Below are positions 1 through 14,584 of a stretch of 64,000 nucleotides of DNA, piece by piece. Positions within the stretch are counted from its first letter, which is position 1; the number at the start of each line of letters is the position of its first letter. The stretch is from contig OZ024742.1 in assembly GCA_964016885.1 (NCBI GenBank), positions 173,228,001-173,292,000 on the forward strand, written 5' to 3'. A program made the position numbers and the translations under genes. This DNA comes from Eledone cirrhosa. Taxonomy: Eukaryota. A model generated the notes under the pieces. It was given only the letters and a program-made list of their open reading frames with translations. It searched no databases and was not told where the DNA came from.

Positions 1-819
1 ACCCCCAAAATAGATAAAACTCAATATTTTACGATTTTTCTCTCTCATTTAAACTGCTAAATACTTTCCATTACCATTCAAAATCTATACAACTTCATTC
101 TTTCTGCTACTTTCTCTTTCCAAGCTTGATGGTGATACTGTCCGTTTTACTCTCTCATATCATACCTCTATCTACAACCCACACGTTTTGCTACTTTCTC
201 TTTTATACTTCAAACTTACTGATTTATTTCCTAAAGGCATACAAACACACACTTCAAATGATAAAAAAAACATTTAAAGCCATTAAACAACGTGCGTGAT
301 TTATAACCACACTAACTTTTAGTTGCTTCAAACTTAATGATTTATTTACAAACACATACAAACACACACTCACATAAATTGATCAAACAAATTTAAAGCA
401 ATTAAACAACGTGCGGGATTTATAACCACAAATACACGACTATTCATTAACAACATTTAAAGCAATTAAAAAACGTGCGTGATTTCCGAAGAGAGAGAGA
501 GAGAAGAGAGTGAGAGGGAGAGAGAGACAGAACGTTTATTATTACATAAAGTACCAGTAATGTACTGGGTAATTTCTGGCCTTGTGCCAAAAAAGTAGAA
601 ACAATTATTACATTTTATACGAAACGACAATTATTCAAAAGCAACAGATACATGTATTCAACAAAAAGCGATACATCTTTTTTAAAACCTCTCAACGAAC
701 GTGGATTCTTACAGACATGAGTCGAATCGGTTTGAAATTGTGCAAATGTATAAACATGGAACATGTGCACACACACAACAACAACAACAATCTGCCTTTT
801 ATAGATAATGATACACAAT

Positions 820-1272
820 AATATCCTCTATGAGGATATTATAGAAACAGCAGCTAACTCTCCCCCATACCACACCCATCCCTACTGTCTTAAATTTAGA
901 AAACATATCTTCTATGAGGTCACTAAACCTGCTAGAAACAGCAGCTAACTCTCCCCCATATCACACAACTCCCTACTGTCTTAAATTTAGAAAACACATA
1001 TCATCTATGAAGTCACTAAACCTGCTAGAAACAACAGCTAACTCTCCCCCATATCACACCCCTCCCTACTGTCTTAAATTTAGAAAACATATCTTCTATG
1101 AGGTCACTAAACCTGCTAGATACAGCAGCTAATTCACCCCCATATCACACCACTGCCTACTGTCTTACATTTAGAAAACACCTATCCTCTATAAGGTCAC
1201 TTATCCTTCTAGACACAACAGCTAACACTCCCTCATATCACAACCCTCCCTACTGTCTTAAATGTATAAAAC
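820..1272. repeat. ~92-bp minisatellite, ~4.7 diverged copies
   Basis: TAGAAACAGCAGCTAAC-like motif recurs at about 842, 933, 1026, 1117 and 1210. The repetitive ORFs 914-1132 and 1098-1445 are its translation. Confidence 0.9.
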
Positions 1273-2167
1273 ATACAGACAACCATGCAGAACAACTCCA
1301 TCGCAGCTCTGTTGTTCGGCTGGCATCGTCTACGCGCGTGTTGCGCAAGTACTGTGAAACAATAAGTTTCAACACTCTTTGGCACAGAGATAATATCCAT
1401 GGGCGAAACTACAATTGTCACTGCAGGCGCAGCGCCTGCTTCTAGGTCTGCAATTCATTCACCAAGTGCCTGGCAGACAAAAAAGTGGAGCAGAGAGAGA
1501 AAAAATAGCGTTCGTGAGTGCAGGATGAAATGAAGAGAAGTGGGAGAAAAACAGTGAGTGAGTGAAAGTGTGAGGAAGAGTTAACGGACAAGACAGAGGG
1601 GGAGAAACAGAGAGAATGGGGGAACAGTAAGAGAGAAAAAAACACAGAATCGCAGTGGTAAATATATGTATTAAAATATAGAGAAAAATACTGCAGGTCG
1701 CACATGGTAACATGTAATAAAATAAGTCCCTCATCAGTGATTTGCCGAAGATCATAGATATTTCATTGCATTAAAAATCATATATCTCACTTCGGTGCAA
1801 TAATAACCAAAATAAGTTATTAGGACAATTAAAACGCGTAAAGCGAGTGAGACAGGAGAACAACAGAAAATATAGCATACCTTAGGGGAGAGACAAGCTT
1901 CAAAAATTATTCGTTTAGCATAAGCTAGGTGAATATATGAGAGCTGATCAGAGCAAACATCATGGACGCTCTATCTCAAAATTATTTTTGAAAAGCATTA
2001 GAAATGCGCAACCGGTAAAACTTGAAACCAAAATTGAATACTAACCGATACAATTACTAATTCTCACTTATTCTTAATTAAACTTTTTTTCACTGTGAAC
2101 AATTTGTCAGTATTTCCTATTCCGTTTACCAATATATAATAACTTGCGTGTTACACCTCTATTCTTT

Positions 2168-2282
<115 letters not shown>

Positions 2283-2632
2283 GTGTGTGTGAGTGTGTGA
2301 GTGTGTGTGTCAGTGTGTCTGTATATATATATATCACCTGCATCTTTCTCAATTCCTCTTCCTCACTTTCTCTCTTGCTCTGTAAGAAATCTGCTGTCAT
2401 TAGGTATTTATACTTTGAGCTTGTTAATTACAGGGTATCAATATTAAATTATTAATCTGCCTCTTATTCGAATTTTGGCTCCCTAACTTGGTGAGCGTAT
2501 AAGTTGCGTCTATTTAGACTATTGTTTCTAGCCGATCCACTCACGCCACTTTGGTCTTCTCGCGCACAAGGTGAAATATTCATTCGTGTAACTTTTAGTT
2601 TTAGGTGTTTGTCACATTTGAATTATCTCTCG

Positions 2633-2690
2633 CTGCTGATGCCTACGGATTATCTGTTACAAACACAATTCTTAGGGCGAAACTGATTAA
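2633..2690 (+). ncRNA. degenerate hammerhead ribozyme remnant
   Basis: CTGCTGA (A6 changed), stem II CCTACGGATT/AATTCTTAGG, then GAAA. Stems I and III are poor. Confidence 0.35.
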
Positions 2691-2853
2691 ATCTCTAATC
2701 TGTTCGGGAGATGAAATAGTTATTGAAACGTTCTGTACATTTTACTCTTTATCCTGTAATTTCCGTTTGCTTCAGGTTAAATCTGTCAAAGCAACGTGGT
2801 ATCTTAACCCTCGTAATTTTAAACACACAATTTAGTGTTTTTATCACTATATA

Positions 2854-2910
<57 letters not shown>

Positions 2911-2913
<3 letters not shown>

Positions 2914-4384
2914 AAAATTAAGATAAATCAAAATGAATTTAATCTAAATCAAAATTATGGGTTTTATGCCAGTAAGGCATACGCCATATCACCCGCAAAA
3001 TAAGGTCTAAGATTCTAATGAATAGGTCCGAGCATTTTATAACATCTAGAAATTGATTAACATATAAACATAAATAATCACAGGAGATAATTGTTACAAG
3101 TGTGTAAGCACACACAGCTAGGTAGGTAACTAAATAAAATTAACTAGAACTTCAAAAATAGATATCTTATAATATGATTAATCTTCCCCGTATATATTCC
3201 ATTAAAGAATATATTCCACCAATTAATCGAATGCCGGTACTTGGATTTTCAACAAAGAAGAAGTCCAACGGTCTATTGTTTACGCATTAATTTCGAATTA
3301 GCGACTGGCCAGTAACACGTGCTGTATCTGCTAGAAATACACACATCATACCAGCTTCGTTCCTGTTGCGTGAATAGGGTTATCGACAACTAGAAACAGC
3401 AGTCAAGTCCTTTCAACAGAGTTAGCTCGACAATAAAGGAGCCGTATTTATATATCAATATCCAAAATTAATCTAAATCAAAATGAATTTAATCTAAATC
3501 AAAATTACGGGTGTCATGCCAGAAAGGCATGCGCCATATCACCCGCAAAATAAGCTCTAAGATTCTAATGAATAGGTCCGAGCATTTTATAACAACTAGA
3601 AATTGATTAACATATAAATAAACATGAATAATCACAGGAGATAATTTTTACAAGTGTGTAAGCACACACAGCTAGGTAGGTAACTAAATAAAGTTAACTA
3701 GAACTTCAAAAATAGATACCTTATAGTATGATTAATCTGCCCTGTATATATTCCTAGCTGTGTGTGCGTACACACTTGTAAAATTTATCTCCTGTGATTA
3801 TTCATGTTTATTTATATGTTAATCAATTTCTAGTTGTTATAAAATGCTCGGACCTATTCATTAGAATCTTAGAGCTTATTTTGCGGGTGATATGGCGCAT
3901 GCCTTTCTGGCATTGACATCCATAATTTTGATTTAGATTAAATTCATTTTGATTTATATTAATTTTAATATAGATACGGCTTCTTGATTGTAGAGCTAAC
4001 TCTGTTGAAAGGACTTGGCTGCTGTTTCAAGTTGTCAATAACCCTATTCACGCAACTGGGACTAAGCTGGTATGATGTGTGTATTTCTAGTAGATACAGA
4101 ACATGTTACTGGCCAGTCGCTGATTTGAACTTAATGCGTAAACATAGACCACTGGACTTCTTCCTTGTTGAAAATCCAAGTACCGGCATTGGGCTTATTG
4201 GTGAAATATATTCCTTAATGGAATATATACAGGGAATATTAATCATATTATAAGGTATCTATTTTTGCAGGTCTAGTTAACATTATTTAGTTACCTACCT
4301 AGCTGGGTGTACATACACACTTGTAAAAATTATCTCCTGTGATTATTCATGTGTATTTATATGTTAATCAATTTCTAGTTGTTA
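2911..4384. mobile_element. non-coding ~550-bp tandem unit with inverted arm, between (TA)n tracts
   Basis: 2911-3460 repeats from 3461 to about 3753. 3754-4384 is the reverse complement, circularly permuted through the unit junction. (TA)n lies on both sides. Confidence 0.8.
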
Positions 4385-4395
4385 TATATATATAT

Positions 4396-5110
<715 letters not shown>

Positions 5111-5334
5111 TCATATGCATATATGTATATATATATATATATGTGTGTGTGTATATGTGTGTCTGTGTATGTGTAACCGTGGCGACAATAGCATTCGGGC
5201 TACTCCGGGTAATACATTTTTCCGAAATATTTAAAATAAAACATCATGTTTTGTTTTAATTTAGTATAATTTAGAGCACTGTTTCAACTTAAAATATTGA
5301 TTTTAATATATTTCGTTGTTTATAATAATGGTTT

Positions 5335-5780
5335 CTACGTATGGCCCAAAGCGAGCAATTTTAAGTGGAGTGTGGCGTGAAGACGAATAAACGGCCCCAG
5401 TCCATTACTGGTGCTTTATTTTATCGACCCCGTAAGTTTAAAGGCTGTTAACCTCGGCGGGATTTCAACTCAGAACGTAATGGTCCATGACTCTATTCCA
5501 CTAAGTTTATTAGCCGACACAATACTCAAACTGCCAATCCACTGCCTTCTTGCTGTTGATAATGATTTCTTGTATAGGCATAAGGCCTTAATTTGGGGTG
5601 AGGGGAAATTCGAGTAATTCGACCCCTGTGCTTTACTGGTGATTTATTTTATCGACCCCGTAAGAATTAAAGGCAATGTTAACCGCGGCGGGATTTGAAC
5701 TCAGACCGTAAAGGACCGTAACTCTATGCATTGTGTCTGACTCTACCGTTACAGCCAATCCACCGCTGTTTTGCAGTTTA
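5335..5780 (-). mobile_element. two adjacent tRNA-derived Nin-domain SINE copies
   Basis: Reverse complement of B-box GAGTTCAAATCCCGCC plus GCCTTT..CTTACGGGGTCGATAAAATAAA..ACCAGTAA, present twice. Confidence 0.8.
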
Positions 5781-5872
5781 TAATAACGTTATCGAATTTG
5801 GTATGATTCCGACATTCCTAGTTTCAAGTAATAACATTTTGTTACAAAATAAAAGAGAATGTTCATTTATAC

Positions 5873-6314
5873 CAGGGGTCTCAAAAACGTGCCCAGCGGG
5901 CCGCATGTATCCTACAAACTACTGCTAATGTGTCCCTGTTTTATTAATGTTTATAGTACAAATAGTTGTAATGCATCATGAAATAAATTGAATGAATATA
6001 GGAACGGAATTTAGCAAGCGTGCAAATGCAATATAGGGAATTAACCAAAAGTTAAAAACAGATTTAAGGTAAATTTGAAACTGAAAATAAATTTGTCCCT
6101 TTACATTTTTTACTAATTCATATACACCCCTCACTATCATATGTGTATTTATTTTTATGGAAAATAAATAAATTGCAGCCTATCAGCTGTGTTGCAGATT
6201 AGCATTATAACTGGTGGAAATATGTCCCTCACTCCCCTCTTAACAATATTGGCCCCTGTGCCTCTTCCCCGAAGAGGGAGTAGACATTTTGACACTTTCA
6301 GTTTGAGAACACTG
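5873..6314. mobile_element. hAT (Charlie-like) non-autonomous MITE
   Basis: Imperfect TIRs CAGGGGTCTCAAA / TTTGAGAACACTG. Degenerate 8-bp flanks ATTTATAC / GTTTAAAA. No ORF. Confidence 0.6.
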
Positions 6315-6324
6315 GTTTAAAAAT

Positions 6325-6500
6325 GGTTTCTATTTTTGGCACTATGCCAGCAATTATCCCAATGCATTACTGGTACTTTATTGTATCGACCCCGTAAGGA
6401 TAAAAAGTAAAGTTAACCTCGGCTGGATTTGAAATCAGACCGTAAAGGGACGTAAGTATGCTGGAAAGCATGGCGTACGATTCTCTACCGATACTGCTAG
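6325..6500 (-). mobile_element. Nin-domain tRNA SINE
   Basis: Matches the reverse complement of the SINE at 43576-43770. Confidence 0.8.
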
Positions 6501-7022
6501 CTGTTCATAATACTATATACGATGTATTGATTAAGTTTAGCGCGAGTCGGATGAGAACGATGTTTCTTTCTGAACAGTCATGGCGTGTCATCGCTAACAT
6601 TAATAAATAGTGACACACTCAAATAAATACTGCTGTCACGGGCACATGTTAATGTGTGTGTTTCAGTGTATTTATGCGTGTGTGCATATGTCTGTGTACA
6701 CATGTGTACTCTAGTAGAGACAGTGAATTAGTAGAGACGGTAGTACATCTGATAGAATGATTTTCACCGAAATCAACATTTCTATTCGACCTACCTCGTA
6801 CTGGATGAGGGAAAGTCACCGACAGCTGTCGGATATTCTCTGCAGCATTTGATATAAGCTGGGACACGTTTACAGCACAAAAAGAGAAACAATGTTTCCG
6901 TTATGAAAATGTTATTTTCATACATATCGAGATCGAGGCGCTCATGTGTTTATTATGCGTATATATTTTAATATACATCCCTATTATGAGCACCAAAGTG
7001 TTAAAGTCACGGCCAGTAAAAG

Positions 7023-7081
<59 letters not shown>

Positions 7082-7428
7082 CAGAGAGAGAGAGAAAGAG
7101 AGAGGGTGTGTGTTGTGTGTGTGAGATACTTTATATACTATGTTAAGCTATCAATATATATATAATATGCTTGATTATCATGTTTCACAATAAGTAATCT
7201 TATTGGAGCTTAGTTCAGAGCATCAATTATTTAAATTTAAAATATATATGTAGAGCGAAAGAAGCATATATGATTTGAGATATTATTTTAATAAATAATT
7301 GCTCTACAGTTCTTATATATTTGATATATATTTATCCTTATCGAGCCCTCTTTAGATTTTAGTCTTCATATTTATTATTATTACTATCATATTCCCTGGG
7401 TTGAGCACTCTATTGACTTATATTTATC

Positions 7429-8385
7429 ATGCAGGAACAACATCTGGATATTTTGTCAAGGAACATACCCGTACCTAGCAGGAAGACTTACCTAAAACTT
7501 CTCATACAGAAAACGGATTCATTCACTAAAACTTTGCGTTGGCGTGCCTTTTATTTCGATAACCAGGAAAAAGCGGACAATAAACAGGATAAATTTGGGT
7601 TTAAAACTGATAATAACCTCCCGAGTAACCCAGAATTGCTACCCTTCGAAATGATGTCTTGGAATTCATACGGAGTATCAAATTTCGGAATAGGAGCAAT
7701 TCCTTCTAGCAGGACCTGAAGAATAGAATTCGTTCAATTAAGGATTCTAATGCCGAGCACGTCCACTCCGTCAAAACTGGCAATCTATATTAAGTGGAGT
7801 GCATTACTTACCATCAATTGCTACATAATGCCGTAACTATGGATTATCTGAAAACCAAGCGTAGTGTTATTAATGCCATCAACGATGCTGGGTTTAAAAT
7901 CACTTCTGAACCCAACATCAAGGACGGGAATGAACCTCCGGACCCTGTATCTCCCCACTATACCCTGAAGGATCACAAACCCAATTTCGGCAACATCCCC
8001 TCTATTCGGCAAATTAGCCCTCCGAAGGCTGATATAGGTAGATTTAGTAAAAGGATTTTAGATAGAATTATACCTGAAATTAGAAGCTTGGGCCCTCTTG
8101 CACTGTGGAATAATTCTTTAGCGGTGATTGATTGGTTCAATGGCATATGCAACAAGGAACATTGACGTTTTATCCAATTCAACATCAATAACTACTACTC
8201 CTCCATTACTTTACCACTTCTTCCTAGAGTTATCAATTTCGCTAAAACGCTCAAGGTAGTTAAGGATTTTGAAGTTGATGTCATCCTCAATGCCCGTAAG
8301 TCGGTGATTAATTTCGACGACTCTATTTGGATAAGAAAAGTTAATAGTACCACATTCGACGTGAGTATGGATAGTACGAACAATA
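7429..8385 (+). pseudogene. PLE (Naiad-type) RT N-terminal part, frameshifted
   Basis: SRNIPVPS..LRWRAFYF, YTLKDHKPNF..RQISPPKADIG and FDVSM motifs. Homologous to the ORF at 39648. Confidence 0.85.
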
Positions 8386-9267
8386 TGCAAATAAGTTACG
8401 TCTTCATGTGATAGCTAAGTATATTTTATGTTTATACCATTACTCATTTGTATAGGTAAGTATATCTTACCCGTATATTTTCTGAAGGTACGTATGCTTT
8501 CTCGTACGTGTGCTTGTATTTGATATAGGTGTATATATTATATTATATATACTGGTATATGTGTATATGTGTATTTTCTTTGTGTGTGTGTATGCGTGTA
8601 ATCGTGTTTGCACGTATGTAAGGTGTGTATATGTGTACATTGTGTTTTGGTAAACGTATGTTTAGTGAACATATGTGCTTTTACATGTATGTATGTGTGT
8701 GTGTGACTGAGCTACATACGTATTTCTGTGTGTATATTTATATACATTTGTATAGTTATATGTATATATATACATACACACACACATATATATCTCTTTT
8801 ATTTTTAAATGTTTATTTGGTGTATACGTTCGATGTGTGCGGGTTTATGTATGTGTGCGCGTGTTTATGTGTACGTGCATGTATATGCATGCATGTCGGG
8901 TCTTTCCGCGCATGCACGTGTATGTATGTATGTAGATGCGTGCATGTATATATTTAATTATTATTGATTTTAATAAAGTCTGTCATTTTCGTTCTATAAA
9001 TTTATTTACATTATTATTAACTCTGAAACCGAGAAACATTCGGTTTCCTAAATCGATTATTAATTTACAACTTCATTTATACCATGAACGTAGTTTTGTC
9101 TTTGCGTGTATTTGTTCTTAACTCACCACATAACGGCGTGTTATCTTCGCTTTTTTCCGTTCATTGCCAGGGAACGTCTTCACTAATCAAACTATCGTCT
9201 TCCTTTTTTCCTTCGGTTGCAACGTTTTTCTAAATATTTACTTCTGCGTTCACATATTGATTTTTTC

Positions 9268-9318
9268 AGTTTCAGAAGATCCCGTTATGGGTGAAAGCAG
9301 CGATTCTTTGCTTAAACT
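9268..9318 (+). ncRNA. type I hammerhead ribozyme, U4A core variant
   Basis: AGTTT-CAGAAGA-T CCCG TTA TGGG T-GAAA-GCA..TGC-TT-AAACT. Stem I is 5 bp. Confidence 0.6.
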
Positions 9319-9492
9319 TTAATCTGTTATTTTACTAAATATGTATATATGTATATATATATATTTATATACACACACACCCACATACTCACAAAACACA
9401 CACACACACACACACACTCACACACACACACACACACACGCACACACGCACGCACACACACACGCACACGCACACACACACATATATATATA

Positions 9493-10176
9493 TAGGAGGT
9501 AAGTGTTATTGTAGCACGATAAAGCAATGAAAATATCGGATAAGTAGCACTCTACATTTTGTAGGACTGGAGTATGAATAATTGTTTCTATTTAGGCACA
9601 AAGCCAGCAAATACCCAGTGCATTACTGGTACTTTATTTTATCGACGTCGTAAGGATGAAAGGCAAATTAAACCTCGGCGGGATTTGAACTCAGGCCGTA
9701 TCGGGACGTAACTATGCTGGAGTATAAATAATATAAGATCAAAAGATGTTTAAAAGAGTTCCAAGTATTTAATTATAGGCACTTCAAAAGCAAATATCAT
9801 TATGGGATGATATCTGCGTTCTCATCAGATAAAATAGGGAGACAAAATATGAAGCTTAAAAAACACTTGTGAGAATGCTAAATTCGAGTTAAAAAAAAAG
9901 TGTGTTTCAGTTATAAGGCCGTGGTCACGATAGGGAAACACTTTGTAATATTCGTTCATATCAATGCCAGTACATATATCTTTAAGTCTAGTTTGTATTT
10001 TGTCGCTTGCATGTTGATTTAAAACCTCACGGTTCACAAGTGATTTTTAAGCTTCATATCATGTCTCCCTATTTTATCTGATGAAAACGCAGTTACCATC
10101 TCATGATGATATTTGTTTTCGAAATGCGCATAATAAAATACTTGGAACTCTTTTAACCATCTTTTGATCTTATATT
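9493..10176. mobile_element. head-to-head PLE 3' fragments; left arm interrupted by a SINE
   Basis: 9730-9870 is the inverse of 10035-10176. The SINE at 9578-9720 has a TSD, CTGGAGTAT(G/A)AATAAT. Both outer ends are at (TA)n. Confidence 0.8.
10071..10139 (+). ncRNA. type I hammerhead ribozyme, canonical core
   Basis: ATTTTAT-CTGATGA-long stem II-GAAA-TGCGCA-TA-ATAAAAT. Stem I is 7 bp and stem III is the palindrome ATGCGCAT. Confidence 0.85.
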
Positions 10177-10591
10177 ATATATATATATATATATTTAATA
10201 CATTTACAGAGAAAGTCTTAAGCTATACTCTGACTGGCTTCCATCTCACTCAACAAACATTAGGATATACCTTAGTATAATCCCAATTTTACGTTTGGGG
10301 TGCTAACTATATGTATTTTGCGGAAAGCCAGTTGTATTATTTTATATGAGACATAATTGAAATATATCTCCCTTTCCAAACAATTGTTTCATCATAAGTT
10401 TTCTACAAGTTGGGAAAATGTGTCCAGGTTATGTAGAAGCCTGCACACATTCCGTAGGAACATATGCAGGGGGGCACTTATATATATATATATATATATA
10501 TATTGTTATACTTTGTATAACAATATAGTATAACAATATCGGTTTCAACACACGATTTCAGATAAAGAATCTTGCTAAACAAATTCAGAAA

Positions 10592-10680
<89 letters not shown>

Positions 10681-11452
10681 TATAGATACATATATAAGTC
10701 TGTGTTTGTGTGTATGTTTACATTTATAGTTCTATATACATATATGCACATCCCACATCCCTTTGTAAGCGTATTTGTATTTGTATTTGTATACGTATGT
10801 ATTTATGCATATCTATGTTTAGACACTCATAAACAGACTGGCTCACGGTCTGTTTGTATTTGTAAATATTTAGTGGGGTTTTTTTATTTCTTACTCGTGG
10901 GCTTTCCCTTTGCATACAGAAACCGTAAAATAACCCAGTATGAATTCAGTTGTGAATGACATGAAATTATAGATATCACATTTTATAAAAGTACTTATTT
11001 CACATATTTACTTTTTACTTGTTATAAATTTTCCGCTAGTTTTAGAATCGCCTCAAGTGTACGTGTGTTTTTCAATCATGGTATTAAATTGTATAATAAT
11101 GTTATTTTTGTGTGACAAAATTAAATTTATGTTGCTTTAGGTGATAGTTTATTGTTGATTTTCTGTGCATTTCATCCTATACAAATTAATAAAAAAAAAA
11201 ATTAAAAGGAAAAACTCAATGTAATTTTTTATCTAGATTTGTTTTTCTATTTACTTTACTATTCAACAGGTCATATACAAGTACGGTTTTTGTTTTAAAT
11301 ATATACACGTAGACATATTTTATGCTAAATGTAAGGTATTAATTCTCTAGGCTGAAATATTTTAAAAACACTTTTAAATGTGTGGTGGAATTTGCATTGC
11401 AGTACTGTTGTTGTTGTTGTTGTTGTTGTTGGTGTTGTTGTTGCTGTTGTGT

Positions 11453-11494
<42 letters not shown>

Positions 11495-12191
11495 TTGTAT
11501 AATGTGTATGAAATGCTAAATTCGAATAAAAAAAAAAAATTGGTTTCAGTTATAAGGCCGTGGCCACGGTAGCGAAAGACTTTGTAATATTCGTTCATAT
11601 CAATGCCGGTACATATATCTTTAAGTCTAGTATGTATTTTTCCGCTCGCATTTGGGTGGAACTGCTAATTTACATGGCATAAACCAGAGACTGATACACA
11701 TTTAAGGAGAGACATATCCTGTATACATAGATGTATATACATGTATATACAGCCTCTCTTTTCAAACATTTTCTCTTTCCGAATTATGCTTTGTACTGAC
11801 TAAGGATTAATGTTCGATATGTTGAAACATCTGTTTACCTTCATTCCCAAAAGATGATTTATTTCTGCTTATCATATGTATTCTAAAATATAATTATTAA
11901 TGTATCTGTATTATTATAATAGTAAGAATATGCCCTGTAATATTTTTCCCATATAATTTCCATCGGGCTTCTATGGAACAATGAATTCAAGTTGATAATA
12001 TTTCGATTTAATTATGACTGTTATATATATAGAGATTCTTTGCTTAAAATGTAATCTGTTATTTTATTAAATTTATATATATATATATATATAGTAATAA
12101 TAATAAATTTGAAGACTAAATTCAAAAGAGGATAAATATATATCGGATATATAAGCGATTATCTCCTTAAACTTTAATCTGTTATTTTAAT

Positions 12192-12260
<69 letters not shown>

Positions 12261-12265
<5 letters not shown>

Positions 12266-12610
12266 ATACTTGGAGAGGGTCATATTTGTGTAATATTGCC
12301 AGAATTAATAACAGAACGCTCTCACTGTTTGGCTGGTTTTTGCTTTTCGCTTCTGTGTCTTTTATATCGGTAATCTAATTTATTCGGTCCTCAATGTTGC
12401 CATTGACTGACCGGCGGTCAAACATAATACAGATACAATATAGACACAAACACATATATATAGTTTATCAAAGTTCTTTCGTTGCGTATCTGCAACAACG
12501 TCAGTGGTGCTATTGTTTCCTCCCGTTACATTGTATGTCTACGCCATTTTTATTTAGTCTGTCTACGATTTCATATAAAAAACCTCGCAAAACTAATTCA
12601 TCGCCGTTAT
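12261..12610 (-). mobile_element. PLE 3' fragment (family ending ...AAGTATAACAA) with HHR at 12468-12507
   Basis: Inverse of 29690-29974. Minus strand reads CA-CTGACGT-T GTTGC AGATAC GCAAC-GAAA-GAAC-TT-TG (A9 changed). Confidence 0.75.
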
Positions 12611-12920
12611 ATATATATACATATACAAATCCCGCCGAGGTTGACTTTGCCTTTCATCCTTACGGGGTCGATAAAATAAAGTACCAGTAATGCACTGGGT
12701 AATATGCTGGCCTTGTGCCTAAAGTAGAAACAGTTATATATATATATATATTTTATTTTTTTATTTATTAAAATAACAGATTAAAGTTTAAGCAAAGAAT
12801 CGCTGATCTCACCCTTAACTGTTATTTTAATAAATAGTTGATCTACGGTTCTTACATATTTGATATATATTTATTCTTTTCGAGCCCTCTTTGGATTTTA
12901 GTCTTCAAATTTATTATTAT

Positions 12921-12997
<77 letters not shown>

Positions 12998-13080
12998 AAT
13001 CTTAGACGGGAACAAAAACAGTGAGGCAGTACAAATGGGAGTTTATTAGGTTCACGGTTTTGAAAGTGAGGGGTGGGGAA

Positions 13081-13112
13081 CGACATTTCTAGCATAAGCC
13101 CTTCATCAGGAG
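13081..13112 (-). ncRNA. minimal hammerhead ribozyme, partly decayed
   Basis: CTGATGA-AGGGCTTATGCTA-GAAA-TG-TC, about 90 nt upstream of the element 3' end. Confidence 0.65.
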
Positions 13113-14584
13113 AAAAGTGTGTAGGAAGAGAGTTCCGAGTGTGTGTGGGGAGTGGTGGAAAGAGATTTAGAAAAAAGGTGGGAAGAGAAAAAGGAGGAAA
13201 TACGATTGAAGAAATACAAGTAAAAATAAAATAGACATAAAAATAAAAATAAAAATAAACACGTGGTAGAAGGGTATGAGGCGTGTAGGGGTGGTAGCGG
13301 GTGGTGTCGGGAGAGGGAGGCGGTGAAGTCGAGCTGGGAGGGCTGAAGGTGGTGTTTGTCTATGTGTGTAGGTCTACGTGTGAGTGAGAGTTGGGGGAAA
13401 AACGAGGTTCCATGTTCACGAAAAGTTGTGCGTGTGGTGTAAGTCGGTGTGTGCTTGCGTGTAGAGAGGGGTCAGAGGGCTTGGGGATGTGGAGGGGTGT
13501 GTGGATTCCGGAGGCTGAGTGTGTAAAGGTGGGGAAGCGCACGTGTGTGTTTGTGTTTATATGAGGTGTGGATGTAGGTGGCGTGATTCGAAAAAAAATT
13601 TCAGTGTTTGTTCGTGGGTAAGTTCCTAAAGTAGTCCCGTGGAGTGTGCGATAATATGTTGGATATTTCTCATGTTATAGAGTGGATAGCTGGAACGATG
13701 ACCAGTGGTGTGGAATCCGTTAGTGGTGTTGGTCAGAAGTGGAGAGATGTGGGGTACGTGCGCAACAGGATGTGGTCAGAGGGTCGAGATAGTAGTAGTG
13801 GAGGGTGACAGGTGGAGAAATGGTCTGTATGTGGTGAGAACTGTGTGTCTGTGTGTGCGGAGGTGCGGTGGACAAGGGAGAGGATGGGTAGGTGTGAAAT
13901 GTGGAGGGGGAATGTGGTGATGTGGAGGCATGGGGTGTATATTAGTAGAGGTGTTAGTGGAATGTGTGTGTGTGAATGGGTGTAGGTGGGGCGCGGAGAG
14001 GGAGAGGGAGAGAAAATGTATTGGGGACGGAGGAGGGAGTGTAGTGTAATGGTGTGTGTGTGCGTGTTGGGATGAGTGGGTGAGTTTGGTAAAAGAGGTG
14101 TTTGTGGGTGTTAGTATTACTGGTGGTGGGGAAAGGGTTGAATGCGGGTGTGTAAGTGGGGGTTAGTGTTCGTTAGGTGTGTGAGTGGGTGGTGTACGTA
14201 TGTCTTGGTGGGTGTGTTGTGTGATGGTGTGTGTTGGTGTGTGTTGGTGTGCGTGGGTTCAGGGGGATATTAGTCATATTAGTTGTGGGGTGGTCGGAGT
14301 TGATGTGTGGGTGATGGTTTGTGATGGTAGTAGGGTGTGTGGATAGTGTGAGTCCGTGTATATATATGTACAGGCGGCTGTGTGGGTGTGAGTGTGTGTA
14401 TGCGCGGGTGTTAGGGGCAGGAGTGGGGATGTTAGTATTGTTAGTTACGGAGGGCCGTGGTGGGGTGGTGTGTTAGTATTGTTAGTAGTGGGGTGGGCCA
14501 AGCGGGTGTGGTGGTGAAAAGGAGGAGTGTGTTAGTGGTGTGTGTGGGGGATGTGTGGGGGCGGAAGGTGGGTGGTCGAAGGCT

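Larger units (their letters stand above)
7282..9340 (+). mobile_element. internally deleted Naiad-type Penelope-like element
   Basis: 5' region, decayed ORF and low-complexity 3' UTR ending in an HHR plus CTGTTATTTTA. That end overlaps the sequence at the element start (partial tandem, pLTR-like). Confidence 0.75.

Noticed and set aside
820-1272. CRISPR-like array or repeat protein
   Set aside because: Whole units repeat with no unique spacers, the context is eukaryotic, and the frame is not maintained.
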